Shown piece by piece: positions 1-13,100 of a stretch of 64,000 bases of DNA (positions are counted from its first letter, which is position 1; the number at the start of each line of letters is the position of its first letter). The translations under genes were made by a program, and so were the position numbers. The notes beneath the pieces were generated by a model. That model was given only the letters and a program-made list of their open reading frames with translations. It was not told the origin of the DNA and did no database searches. This DNA comes from Macrostomum hystrix (taxonomy: Eukaryota; Animalia; Platyhelminthes): positions 558,001-622,000 of the forward strand of contig CATNEN010000035.1 of assembly GCA_950097015.1 (NCBI GenBank), given 5' to 3'.

Positions 1-975
1 GAGTGATGTTGGGCAGTGTCAGAGAATGGAGTGATGTTGGGCAGGGTCAGGGAATGGAGCGAAGCCGGGCAGGGTCAGAGAATGGAGTGATGTTGGGCAG
101 GGCAGGGTCAGGGAATGGAGTGAGGTTGGGCAGGGTCAGGGAATGGAGTGAGGTTGGGCAGGGTCAGGGAATGGAGTGATGTTGGGCAGTGTCAGAGAAT
201 GGAGTGATGTTGGGCAGGGTCAGGGAATGGAGTGATGTTGGGCAGTGTCAGAGAATGGAGTGATGTTGGGCAGGGTCAGGGAATGGAGCGAGGCGGGGCA
301 GGGTCAGAGAATGGAGTGATGTTGGGCAGGGTCAGGGAATGGAGTGATGTTGGGCAGTGTCAGAGAATGGAGTGATGTTGGGCAGGGTCAGGGAATGGAG
401 CGAGGCGGGGCAGGGTCAGAGAATGGAGTGATGTTGGGCAGGGTCAGGGAATGGAGTGATGTTGGGCAGTGTCAGAGAATGGAGTGATGTTGGGCAGGGT
501 CAGGGAATGGAGCGAAGCCGGGCAGGGTCAGAGAATGGAGTGATGTTGGGCAGGGCAGGGTCAGGGAATGGAGTGAGGTTGGGCAGGGTCAGGGAATGGA
601 GTGAGGTTGGGCAGGGTCAGGGAATGGAGTGAGGTTGGGCAGGGTCAGGGAATGGAGTGAGGTTGGGCAGGGTCAGGGAATGGAGTGAGGTTGGGCAGGG
701 TCAGGGAATGGAGCGAGGCGGGGCAGGGTAGAGAATGGAGTGATGTTGGGCAGGGCAGGGTCAGGGAATGGAGTGATGTTGGGCAGGGTCAGGGAATGGA
801 GCGAGGCGGGGCAGGGTCAGGGAATGGAGTGATGTTGGGCGGGGTCAGAGAATGGAGTGATGTTGGGCGGGGTCAGAGAATGGAGTGAGGTTGGGCAGGG
901 TCAGGGAATGGAGCGAGGCGGGGCAGGGTCAGAGAATGGAGTGATGTTGGGCGGGGTCAGAGAATGGAGTGAGGT
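1..975. repeat. G-rich ~28-bp minisatellite (GTTGGGCAGGGTCAGGGAATGGAGTGAT)n, runs off the window start
   Basis: Unit and variants read directly; ORFs 685-888 and 857-1039 are repeat frames. Confidence 0.95.
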
Positions 976-2361
976 GGGTCATTTCTGTGATGATTGTCAT
1001 TGTGCGGGATACAATTTGTATATTTCCAATTCGCAGTGAACAGTTTTTGTTCTCTAGAATGAAAAAGTATGGAATACAAATACTTCAAGCTGAGAAGGTC
1101 TGGGCATCGAACAGACGACTGTCGGCATTTCTTAGTCTCAGGTAAAAAATTAGTTCATCACATATTGACGCAGCAAAGCTTTCTATCTTCCTTCCGAAAG
1201 TGGCCAACTATGGTTAGAGGCGGATTAGGCTTTGAATCTCCGAGCGTGCTGGGTAGGCAGTGCGCTCTGGAGAGGATATCAGATGCACAGAATTTACTCA
1301 GCGCAGGATGCAGGGGTTGTGGGACTGCATGAAACTTCGATTCCACCTTGCCCACTCTCGCCCTGCCTCTACACTGGGCGGCCCTCTCACACACTGAGCC
1401 GGACGTGGAGACAGGAGGTGGAAAGGCGAAGTTCAACTGCTGCTCATCTTGCACTCTCAACTTTTGTCGGCTTCATCCGCAGGGATATCATCATTGGGTA
1501 AAGGGGGAGATTTATCCCCCAACGAGGAAATCCTTTTCCCTCCTTCCATCCCGTGTTTTACTGTGGGGAAGCTTTCCCAGCTGTGAGCACTGCATGCTGG
1601 AGCTTTTGTTCGATTCTCGCCTATGCGAGGCGCAAAGTTTTCTTCAGTGTATTCCCTGCTGTTAGAAGCAGAGCCAGTGCCATTCTGTTTGCCGGGCGTG
1701 ACTACAAGTGGCCACCTGATTTTGCCGAGAAAGGTTTTTTTGTTCGCTCGCTCTCTTATTGTCACCTACTCACTCCAGTCAATTCTACTCAATTGGAGTT
1801 TTTAAACTTGAGTCAAACCGCGCTTAGGCGTTTTGAGAAGTATTTGAGCAGATCAATTTTTGTGGAAAAACAATTTCTATCTTTCTCACTAGACAGTCAT
1901 GAGGGACAGCACAGCAGAAGAAGAAGAACAAGAGGGACATGGAGAAAGAGTGAGTGCAACAGGCAAATGAGGAAGTGGAGTCAGGTGAAATCCAACACTT
2001 TGTCAGTCTGCGAGTGGCAAAGAGAGCTTCAAGGGGAAATGCCAGGAGCATTCAGGTGATGAGGCGTGAGTGAGCAAAGCCATCATCAGTCAGGAAGTCA
2101 GGCTTCGCGCGGCAGAAGAAATTCAATTTCTTGGCTAAGTCTCTCTTGGCAGAGTAGCATGAAAGGGCTCTATATCATTTTTCCGAAATCCACTGTCTGC
2201 GCCTCTAAATTTCTGGCCTTTCCCAACCGTGAATTATTAATCTGTGGTGCCAGGAAAATGAGAAGCAATTTGACTCCTGTCTACTCTGTCTCTCAACTTT
2301 CTCTAGGTTAATAACAAAAAAATGCTAACAAACTGGGAGCTATGTGTGTGTGCTCATTTAC

Positions 2362-5300
2362 CGCGGACTTCGACCCATTTCTGTATGGATCCGTGGTTGT
2401 TCTCGGCCTTGCATGTGTAGTTGCCTGAGTCCCTAGTGGCAATGCGCGAGATCCTCAGCGTGGAGATCAGCTGCCTGCCGGTGGCGGGGGGGGTTAGGTC
2501 GAGATGGCAATTAGCGATAAGAACGGCCTTACTCTCAGGAAAAAGTGAAGAAAACTCCTGACTATGAGTTGCTTGAGCTCTTGAGCGCTTCTGTTGAAAA
2601 TGTAAGTAAAATATTTATTACATTTGTTCTACTCAAAAATGTGTTTTCGAACATTTTTTAGCAAATGTTTTTCTAATGCATGAACGGGAATTCTCACATT
2701 AGATTCCATATGAACAGGGAATCTCACCCTAGATTCTATGAGATGAACAGGGAATCTCACCCTAGATTCTATGAGATGAACTAACTGGGAATCTCACCCT
2801 AGATTCTATGAGATGAACAGGGAATCTCACCCTTGATCCTATGAGATGAACAGGGAATCTCACCCTAGATTCTATGAGATGAACAGGGAATCTCACCTTA
2901 GATTCTATGAGATGAACTAACTGGGAATCTCACCCTAGATTCTATGAGATGAACAGGGAATCTCACCCTAGATTCTATGAGATGAACAGGGAATCTAACC
3001 CTAGATTCTATGAGATGAACAGGGAATCTCACCCTAGATTCTATGAGATGAACAAGGAATCTAACCCTAGATTCTATGAGATGAACAGGGAATCTCACCC
3101 TAGATTCTATGAGATGAACTAACTGGGAATCTCACCCTAGATTCTATGAGATGAACTAACTGGGAATCTCACCCTAGATTCTATGAGATGAACTAACTGG
3201 GAATCTCACCCTAGATTCTATGAGATGAACTAACTGGGAATCTCACCCTAGATTCTATGAGATGAACTAACTGGGAATCTCACCCTAGATTCTATGAGAT
3301 GAACTAACTGGGAATCTCACCCTAGATTCTATGAGATGAACTAACTGGGAATCTCACCCTAGATTCTATGAGATGAACTAACTGGGAATCTCACCCTAGA
3401 TTCTATGAGATGAACTGGGAATCTCACCTTAGATTCTATGAGATGAACTGGGAATCTCACCTTAGATTCTATGAGATGAACAGGGAATCTAACCCTAGAT
3501 TCTATGAGATGAACAGGGAATCTCACCCTAGATTCTATGAGATGAACAGGGAATCTCACCTTAGATTCTATGAGATGAACTAACTGGGAATCTCACCCTA
3601 GATTCTATGAGATGAACAGGGAATCTCACCCTAGATTCTATGAGATGAACAGGGAATCTCACCCTAGATTCTATGAGATGAACTAACTGGGAATCTCACC
3701 CTAGATTCTATGAGATGAACTAACTGGGAATCTCACCCTAGATTCTATGAGATGAACAGGGAATCTTACCTTAGATTCTATGAGATGAACTAACTGGGAA
3801 TCTCACCCTAGATTCTATGAGATGAACAGGGAATCTCACCCTAGATTCTATGAGATGAACAGGGAATCTCACCCTAGATTCTATGAGATGAACTAACTGG
3901 GAATCTCACCCTAGATTCTATGAGATGAACAGGGAATCTCACCCTAGATTCTATGAGATGAACTAACTGGGAATCTCACCCTAGATTCTATGAGATGAAC
4001 AGGGAATCTCACCCTAGATTCTATAAGTTGAATCAGGTTGAAGAAACCAACTTGAAAATATGCTTACCGAAAAACAACGATTTTTTTACGGTCAAATTTA
4101 GCTTCACAACTGTCAGCGTATTCCCAAATAATAATTTTCCCATTCGTCACCAACTGATCCCACTCTCCATAAATCCGTTCAGTTAACGAATTCTCCCATA
4201 GTTAGTATGGGGATAACGCAATCTCCCTGTCCTAATACACTGGCCCGCTGATCCCTCACGCCCTCTAGCCGCCCAGAAATTTTTTCGGATCTCGTCAAGG
4301 AGCTGCAGGCCCCCAATTACCGGCGGGGGATTTTCGGGCGTCACTTTATCCCAAGTCGTCCTTATCTATCAGTTTCTGTTTCAGTCTTTGATATCCCGTC
4401 GGCAGTTTTTCTAGTTCGCAACTCATCGGAGCATGAAAAAAGAAGATTCTGCCAGATGTTTCTTGCCCTAGCAACTCTCTGGTTGCGCCAATAGATTGCT
4501 ATTATTCAGCATTTGCGATTGCTTGTCAAGTATATAGTTCTATATTCTTCTAAATATACTATGGGGCTGGGGGACGCATGGATTGTGAATCATTTCGGCA
4601 ATAAATCAATTAGAAAAATTGCATCGCGTGTTCTCAGAGCTGGCCTGAAGGGTGGAGTAGGCGTGGTTAAAATCCTTGGGGTCTCAATTTTTGTCACTCC
4701 CAGTATCCATATCCTAGCCCACTGCCCAGCACTGTGTGGGGGGAATGACACAATGTGTCAGCTTAAGTGATAGAGCTCGATTACCTAGGGGAAAGTGAGA
4801 TGAGAAGGCGATCTATGTGAGAGGGTTTGAGAGTGAGAGTGAAGGACAGTGAGAATGAGATTGAGGGAGAGTGAGAGAGGGTGAGTGAGGGAGATTGAGT
4901 GATAGAGAGTGAGTGAGGGAGAGTGAGTGAGGGAGAGTGAGTGATGGAGATTCAGTGATAGAGAGTGAGTGAGGGAGAGTGAGTGAGGGAGAGTGAGTGA
5001 TGGAGATTGAGTGATAGAGAGTGAGTGAGGGAGAGTGAGTGAGGGAGAGTGAGTGATGGAGATTCAGTGATAGAGAGTGAGTGAGGGAGAGTGAGTGAGG
5101 GAGAGTGAGTGATGGAGATTCAGTGATAGAGAGTGAGTGAGGGAGAGTGAGTGATGGAGAGTGAGAGTGATAGAGAGTGAGTGAGGGAGAGTGAGTGAGG
5201 GAGAGTGAGTGATGGAGATTGAGTGATAGAGAGTGAGTGAGGGAGAGTGAGTGAGGGAGAGTGAGTGATGGAGATTGAGTGATAGAGAGTGAGTGAGGGA

Positions 5301-5934
5301 GAGTGAGTGAGGGAGAGTGAGTGATGGAGAGTGAGAGTGATAGAGAGTGAATAAGGGAGAGTGAGGGAGAGTGAGTAAATAAGAATGCAATCGTTTAAAC
5401 TCGTTTTTTAACTAAATAAAAAACAATGGACTTCAAAGATGTCCAAGTCGGCCCATGAGCCAGGCAGGTTGACTCACTGAGATTCCGTGTCCTGCACTTC
5501 CTCCTTGTCGATACGCACATTGCTGCCCAGAACAAGATTCCTGCTGTTTTTCATCCAGATGATCTTCGGATTCGGCTTGCCCTTGGCGCGGCACTTCACG
5601 ATCAAGGTCTTGCCCTCGCCGAGGTCGATGTTGTTGCGCTCTGGGAATACTGGCTCCGGCTCCGAGGCTGCGAGATGCGGGTCGGATTGATCAATTGATC
5701 AGGTCAATCAATCAAATAAGTAATTATCAATGAAAACTACCGATTAATCAATTAAGATCAGTTAAACCAACTGACCATTCTATCAAAATAATCAAACAAT
5801 CAATCAATCAATTTTTCAGTCAGCCAGCCAGATAGTTTATCTATATATCAATCAATCAATCAATAAATGTATGAATCTATCTAGCTATCTATCTATCGAT
5901 CTATCCATCTATCTATCTATCTATCTATCTATCC

Positions 5935-5973
<39 letters not shown>

Positions 5974-5997
5974 AATCTATCTATCTATCTATCTATC

Positions 5998-6028
<31 letters not shown>

Positions 6029-6029
6029 A

Positions 6030-6060
<31 letters not shown>

Positions 6061-6206
6061 CATCTATCTATCTATCTATCTATCTAGCTATCTATCTATC
6101 TATCAATCTATCTATCTATCTATCTGTCTCAGTTTGCATTACCCTTGAGCAGGTTCCAGAAGATGTGCACAAACTGGCTATCGACGCCGCTCTTGGCACC
6201 AGTCTC
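2362..6206 (-). CDS. Ig I-set domain protein, three core exons (6143-6206, 5478-5667, 2362-2474); downstream exons unresolved
   Basis: AG/GT boundaries with matching phases join to [122 protein letters not shown]. This has the I-set C-x-A-x-G-x-P-x-P-x-I-x-W and D-S-G-x-Y-x-C-x-A-x-N motifs. Confidence 0.88.
2690..4024. repeat. 33/37-bp minisatellite CTAGATTCTATGAGATGAAC(A|TAACT)GGGAATCTCACC
   Basis: Two unit lengths interspersed; intronic to the Ig gene. Confidence 0.95.
4795..5375. repeat. GA/GAGT-rich low-complexity tandem array
   Basis: GAGTGAGTGAGGGAGA / GATAGAGA variants read directly. Confidence 0.9.
5690..6125. repeat. (ATCA)n grading into (ATCT)n microsatellite
   Basis: Direct reading; fills the intron between two Ig-gene exons. 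Confidence 0.95.
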
Positions 6207-6904
6207 CTGCGGCACAGGTATCAACCTTGTGTCCAGTCGCATTACTGTTCAAATATTTGTGCTGTCAATCTCAAAAACAGATTCTCACTCAGAATAATCA
6301 AGTCAAACACTGGCCCTTAAAATAGTAATCCGAAAATATATTAAAAGTTTTTCCGTGGCTGGCCCAGCCAATCCAGTTCTGACCAATCAAAGTGAGCTAA
6401 TAAAGTGCTCAATTTTGATTAGTTTAAACTTGTTTTTCACGTTATAATCTTCGTTGCAATTCGGGACTGAAAGTTTATTTTGGGAAAATATGATACCTGC
6501 ACAAAACCTTAAGCAATAAATACTCTTTTATTTCCTCCTTTTTTAGTTATTGAGCACCATTGCTATTGCTGCTCTGTTACTTATAGCTATGTTTTGTAGA
6601 TTCGCTTTGCACGCTACTTGCCAACTCGTTAGTAGTGTGAAGCGAAAGTATGCTCATTAAAGGCTAAATAAGCTTAAAAGTGGAAAATAATATCAAGCGA
6701 GTTTAAACTACGTGCAAGATTAGTGCGCAACTAGTAACTGAGTCAGTTTTGTTTAACAGAGATGAGGCAGAGATGAGACCCGTTTTGAGAAGATTTAAAC
6801 TAACAATATTGTGCAGGTGTTTAATTGAGGCCCTCAGTCTAACAGCATCTCTAAATCTAAGTGTCCACCTGTCTGCCTTCTGCCAATATTTGCACGAGAA
6901 TCAG

Positions 6905-7013
6905 TAGTTAGTAGTAGTAGTAATAGTAGTAGAATTACTACTATTACTAATGCTCGTACAAATACTACTACTAATACAACAACAACAACAACTACTACTA
7001 CTACTACTACTAT

Positions 7014-7084
<71 letters not shown>

Positions 7085-7612
7085 ACTACTACTGCCACAG
7101 TATCTGTGGTCTCTTTCTATTTTCGATCCCAAATCTCTCACCAGATCTTGCGCATGGAATGGCGCAGAAGGCATTCGCTCTAATTTACAACTGGGCACTA
7201 CTATTACTACTATTTACAACTGGGCACTACTATTACTACTATTTACAACTGGGCACTACTATTACTACTATTTACAACTGGGCACTACTATTACTACTAT
7301 TTACAACTGGGCACTACTATTACTACTATTTACAACTGGGCACTACTATTACTACTATTTACAACTGGGCACTACTATTACTACTACTACTACTATTACT
7401 ACTACTACTACTACTGCTACTACTACTGCTACTACTACTGCTGCTACTACTGCTGCTACTACTACTACTACTACTATTACTACTGCTACTACTACTGCTA
7501 CTACTACTGCTACTACTATTACTACTATTTCTACTACTATTACTACTACTACTATTACTACTACTACTACTGCTACTACTACTGCTGCTGCTACTACTAC
7601 TACTACTACTAC

Positions 7613-7665
<53 letters not shown>

Positions 7666-7680
7666 ACTACTACTGCCACA
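6905..7680. repeat. (CTA)n microsatellite containing a 29-bp minisatellite (TTTACAACTGGGCACTACTATTACTACTA, ~7 copies) and a duplicated ~118-bp unique block
   Basis: Block 7081-7198 recurs at 7661-7779. Confidence 0.9.
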
Positions 7681-8529
7681 GTATCTGTGGTCACTTTCTA
7701 TTTTCGATCCCAAATCTCTCACCAGATCTTGCGCATGGAATGGCGCAGAAGGCATTCGCTCTAATTTACAACTGGGCACTGGCTAGTCTGCACCGCCCGT
7801 TGGGATCATTTGTCTCCGAAATCCTCCTATCGTTCAGCGATTCGATCTCACACACAGCTGAGGGTGCCGAGTTATGGAGGGGAAAGAAATCCCCATGCAG
7901 CCAAGATTCTCCACCGAAAAAAATCTTGCCCCATTTCTATCATCTATCAGAGGGTGGCAGCAGCTAATCGAGTGATTCAGCATGAGCAAACTCGATCTAT
8001 TCGAAGGACAAAGGGAAATCCAGACAAAAAAATAAAATTCTCCGATTTTTACGCTTGGAAAATGAAATACAAACAAATTTGATTCACCTATTTATAACAA
8101 AAATCACCTTTCCGTCTGACTGGCCAGGCTATCATTTTCCCACCTGTTGCTAATTTTTTTTAAACTCTCGCAGATTCCCCGAAATAGAACAACCCCAATG
8201 AGACGAGGACAGAAGAGAACAAACGATACGAAAGTAAGCTTTGACGCATCTGCAGGCTATCACATTTTAGAGATCAAATTGCACTGGAGAGAAAAACTGC
8301 CAAGAATTGGACAAGATTAGACGAAGCGAATACAATAAGTGGCTGGGAAATAGATAAGAGGTGTGAGAAAATGATGAGTTGTGAGAACGTGATATGAGGT
8401 ATGGAAAAATAGCCAAGACGTGTGCAAATGTGATGAAAGTGTGAGAAGGAGATACTATTTTTCAGAAACTGATGTTAGGCTTGAGTAAGAGAAAAATAGA
8501 TAATGGTGTGAGAATGATATTAGATGAGT

Positions 8530-8760
8530 GTGTGATAGAGATAAGAGCTGTGAGGAAGGGATAAGAGCTGTGAGAAATAGATGTAAGGTGTGAGGAAGAG
8601 ATAAGAGCTGTGAGAAATAGATGTAAGGTGTGATGAAGAGATAAGAGCTGTGAGAAAGGGATAAGAGCTGTGAGAAAGGGATAAGAGCTGTGAGAAAGGG
8701 ATAAGAGCTGTGAGAAAGGGATAAGAGCTGTGAGAAAGGGATAAGAGCTGTGGGAACAGA
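8530..8760. repeat. 20-bp minisatellite GATAAGAGCTGTGAGAAAGG
   Basis: Direct reading. Confidence 0.9.
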
Positions 8761-9464
8761 TATTATGAGGTATGAGAAAGAGATAAGCGGTGTTTCAAAG
8801 ACCCTGAATATATGGTAGACAGATTACAAGGCTACGTCAGTTGAAAAAGGCTGGAATATTTTCAGCCTCCCGGTAGCCAAGCGTGAGTGCTTTAAAGAAT
8901 TATTCGCGACTATATTTTCGGCGCTTCACGAAAGGCAAACAAAAGTTGCTTAGAGTAGGACTCGTGTCACTCCCTAGTGTTCTCCATTCATCTACTCACT
9001 TTCACTATCTCACTCTGTTTGGCTGCATGGCATTCTTCTAAGCCAGAAACAAAAGCATGTCGACTCTATTGAGACTTTGCTTGGGGAATTGCTAGAAGTC
9101 TCGATCAATAACCTGCCCCCACTGGATTGCGGATGGGTCCTGAGCTCGGCAGGAGGTTAAAGAGCCGGAGGAGGCTGAGGGGAGGACCTTCAGGATGAGG
9201 ATATTATCTACAATTCCACGCGAGAGGAGAGTGTAGCTGAGTGCAAGCTGAACATCATTCTGAGCATAGCTATGAACGATTCATACGGATGTTGGAATTA
9301 TTGTGAAAAATCTTTCTTTCAAATCTCGACTTTTTTTCGCAAGTAGAATCTAGCTTTTAAACTCTTTCTTGCCATTTTGCAGGCTGTTGGTCCATTTGCA
9401 ATGTTAAATTGTTGTTTGGATGAAAAAGCTGTCTGCTTTTGTTCGACCGTGCGCAGCTTGTGTC

Positions 9465-9990
9465 AGGACCAGGGGTGACAGGGGTGACAGGGGTGTCAGG
9501 AGTGACAAGGGTGACAGGGGTGACAGGGTTGACAAGGATGACAGGGGTGACAGTGGTGACAGGGGTGACAGGGTTGACAAGGATGACAGGGGTGACAGTG
9601 GTGACAGGGGTGTCAGGAGTGACAGGGGTGACAGGGGTGACAGGGGTGTCAGGAGTGACAAGGGTGACAGGGGTGACAGGGGTGACAGGGTTGACAGGGG
9701 TGACAGGGGTGTCAGGAGTGACAAGGGTGACAGGGGTGTCAGGAGTGACAGGGGTGACAAGGGTGTCAGGAGTGACAAGAGTGACAGGAGTGACAAGGGT
9801 GACAGGAGTGACAAGGGTGACAAGAGTGACAAGGGTGTCAGGGGTGACAGGGGTGACAGGGGTGACAAGGGTGACAGGATTGACAAGGTTGACAGGATTG
9901 ACAAGGGTGACAGAATTGACAGGGGTGACAGGAGTGACATGGGTGACAGGATTGACATGGGTGACAGGGGGTGTAGACAGGGGTGACAGG
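9465..9990. repeat. 9-bp minisatellite (GGGGTGACA)n with variants
   Basis: Direct reading; open in several frames on both strands. Confidence 0.92.
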
Positions 9991-10119
9991 TAAGACAATG
10001 ATGTAATCTGCCCGGACATTTTCTTTGTTCTTTGTCGTGACATGCCGAGGCGCAAGAACTCCTGAAGTAATCGGGCTATTCAAAAAGCAGAACAAATAAA
10101 GAAGGGGTTCAAGCCTCAC

Positions 10120-13100
10120 CCAGGACATAGTTGACTTCAACCTCAATGGCATAGCGAGCCCCGTGAAAGTTAATCAGCGCTGTTGACCTCGGCAGCGCGG
10201 CGGTGAGGCTCAGCACAAGCAGAAGCATGCTGTTTCTAAGCTGCTAAAATCCTTAGCTCAGAAGATGCCAATATTTAGAAGGCCTGATTCATAATGCGGC
10301 TAAATAAGACTGCAGGGGAGATAGACTTGCTAAAAGTCTCTGATTGGCTGTCGTCAGCCAGTGGGGCCGATTTGCATTTCCAACAAGCTTCTAGGGGAAC
10401 AATTACTTTCTGGGGCTTGTTTCGCTTCTCCTTTCCTTTAGAAAGACAAATGCACCGGAGTAATTGAGTCTGGCAGTGGACCCTGGCAACAAGCAGAGAA
10501 AAGTTTATCGTAGGAACTAGCTTTACCAGGGATAGGTATAATAAGTCGAAGTTATTTTATTCATATCGCCTGAACTTCTTTATCAGTTTATAGATTATAG
10601 TGGACCTAAGGTCGTATTTTCTTGGAACTAATCCCAGAAAACAGAATAGTTGAAATGGGATAATTTTTTGCTTCAAATATTCAAACATTTTTCATAGACG
10701 AAGAGTTTCTTTCCAGACAGTTTCAGTCAGTATATAATTGTTAGCATGGAATATCCATTCAATGTAACAAAAAAACAAGTTTATTTATTCATACTAGTGT
10801 GCAAAGAAATGAAATAAAATTAAGAAAAAATATTATGGCTATATAATAATTATAAGTTCAGCGTAGCCAGAATCCTAATTTTACGTATTTCCGGATTTTC
10901 GTTTTTAATTAGTTAATATTGATTAGACTTTTTGGTTGCAATCCATTAGGTTTATTTGCTTTGTAAATTTATCAGAGCTTTAACTTATATATTATTTCTA
11001 AATATTTTCCTTAAAAAATACTTTTATCTGTTTAACTGAAATAAAAATCCTAACTTTGATCATTGAATCCATTATGAAGTTTTCTTATTTCTAGTTTTTC
11101 GCTTTATTGTACTTAGAACGATACAATTTTAGTATTGTGGGGTTGATTGTCTGGCGAAAAATATGTGTAAATAGTAAAAAGTAACAATTAGAATTGTTAT
11201 TGTGAAAGAAAGTTTTTTATTTGCTTTGTAATTAGTTTTTTTTAATTAAGAAACTATTTTATTGTTTGTTATTTCTTTATCGAATCGAAGTTCAGTTTCC
11301 AAAATAAACACGTGTTTTTATGGGTACTATGGATATTTTGCTAACTTTAAACAAAGCATGATTTTTAGAAACATTTTCGATATTATTTATCTAACAAGTA
11401 AGGACTTATTATGAACTGTTTTTTTATTTATCAGTAGCATTTGATTACTTATTGATAACAAATAGTATAAGCATACTAAAAACTGGTGGACTACTGCACT
11501 GGGGCCATTATAGTAACAGTACAACTGCTGTGGGAACACTTTGGTGCCAGCGAATGCCCAGAGAGATGGATATTAGAGCTGTAAAGCGCAACACACTGCA
11601 GTTGGCACGCTTGCGGCCTCATTAACCGTGTGGGGATTTTTATGACCACTTCAGTCGGACTAACCCAAGCGCGGAGTGGGCTTATTTTTGACAGCAACCA
11701 ACTCATCTAACTAGACGGATTCGAGTATTCGATTCTCATAAATACGATCGTGCTTTGACTGCTATAATATGTTATTTTTATTCATTTCTGCTGAAGATAT
11801 GGGGCTGCAAAGCAGGGTTTACTGCTAATTCTATCGAATGTTTTTTTTGCTTATCAATTTTGTTGACAAATTTGCATAATACTACTTTTGAACTGTTCAG
11901 CAGTAGCTTGAATAGTGTTGGAGTTTTCAGAAAAATTTAAGTACGTTGAAAGTAAAAACGCTGAAGGATAATTTTCATTCCAAGAAATCAATCACAATTC
12001 AGATAGATTTGAATTTTTCGTTAATATTTTACTTCTAAGAAGATGAGACTGTTTAGATATTATTCAGTTTTTTTAAATATGAGTGTGGTTGGTATTTATA
12101 TCATTTTAAAGATGGTATTTGAGTTGGAAAACCTTAGCTTTAAGTTTATTCAGCAGATTTTTACACCTGGAGTAGATTTACTCTCGTAGGATTAGAAATA
12201 GGATAGCCAGCATGGATTTAAAGCACAATAGCCACCTAGGGGGATATTGTATGGAGCCAGTCCTGTCTCCCTGATGTTTTCAACACTGCATACAACAGGC
12301 AGACATTTTCGAAACACCCTGCCGTAACAAATTGGCCCGGCTGCTATTTTCCTAACAAGTAGGCTCTGCTTTATCACACTCTCACCTGTTATTTTTGCAC
12401 CTTTGTTCGGCACAGTCTACTTGCAAACAGGGAACTCCTGCTGAGTAGGGGGATGACGCTTCTCTGGTCACATCTGGCCGGGTGAGTTTCAAAATGACTA
12501 GTCAGAGAGACTCGAAGCATGGCTGGCTGGAATGCTTGTTAGACTTTTTTTTAACTCAATATGCTTTCCTGAGCTTGAGCTTCGCTAGAAAAAAGTAGCC
12601 CCTCATAGATAGCTGCTTGCCTGTCTGATCAGCTTTGACAGATTAGCAGAAAACAATTCTGCTGGGAAGCACTTCACGACAGCAGATATTTCAAGTGGAG
12701 CTTGAACAATCGTGCGAGTCAGTCAAACGAATCTTTTAGAATACTGAAGCTGTTTGGGTTGATTTTTGGATCGCAACAAAGAGAGTTGAGTTCGCAGCTA
12801 GAATCGAAGCTACAACTTAAGAATCGCAGCAAGCATCTAAGTCAAATTCGAAAAAACAAGCGAAATGAATTTTCTAGAAAATTTGATGGCAAGATATTAT
12901 TTATTCTTTAATCGTAGCTAGAATCGTAGCCAGAATCGTAGCTAGAATCGTAGCTGGAATCGTAGCTAGAATCGTAGCTGGAATCGTAGCTGGAATCGTA
13001 GCTGGAATCGTAGCTAGAATCGTAGCTATAATCGTAGCTAGAATCGTAGCCGGAATCGTAGCTGGAATCGTAGCTAGAATCGTAGCTATAATCGTAGCTA

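Noticed and set aside
1158-1393. Cys-containing candidate exon after the Ig domain (VCERAAQC...) as the EGF domain
   Set aside because: Acceptor and phase fit, but cysteine spacing does not match EGF and no unique donor could be chosen.
2690-4024. CRISPR-like array of palindromic 33/37-bp repeats (also considered for 24335, 40255, 49155 and 52965)
   Set aside because: Units are head-to-tail with no unique spacers, no cas genes are present, and the arrays lie among spliced eukaryotic genes.
9420-9986. Collagen-like, RGD-rich ORF (GDRGDR...) ending near CAG|GTAAGA
   Set aside because: Gly positions are often replaced by S, V or D, several frames on both strands are open, and it lies antisense within the Ig-gene span. 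It is a 9-bp minisatellite.
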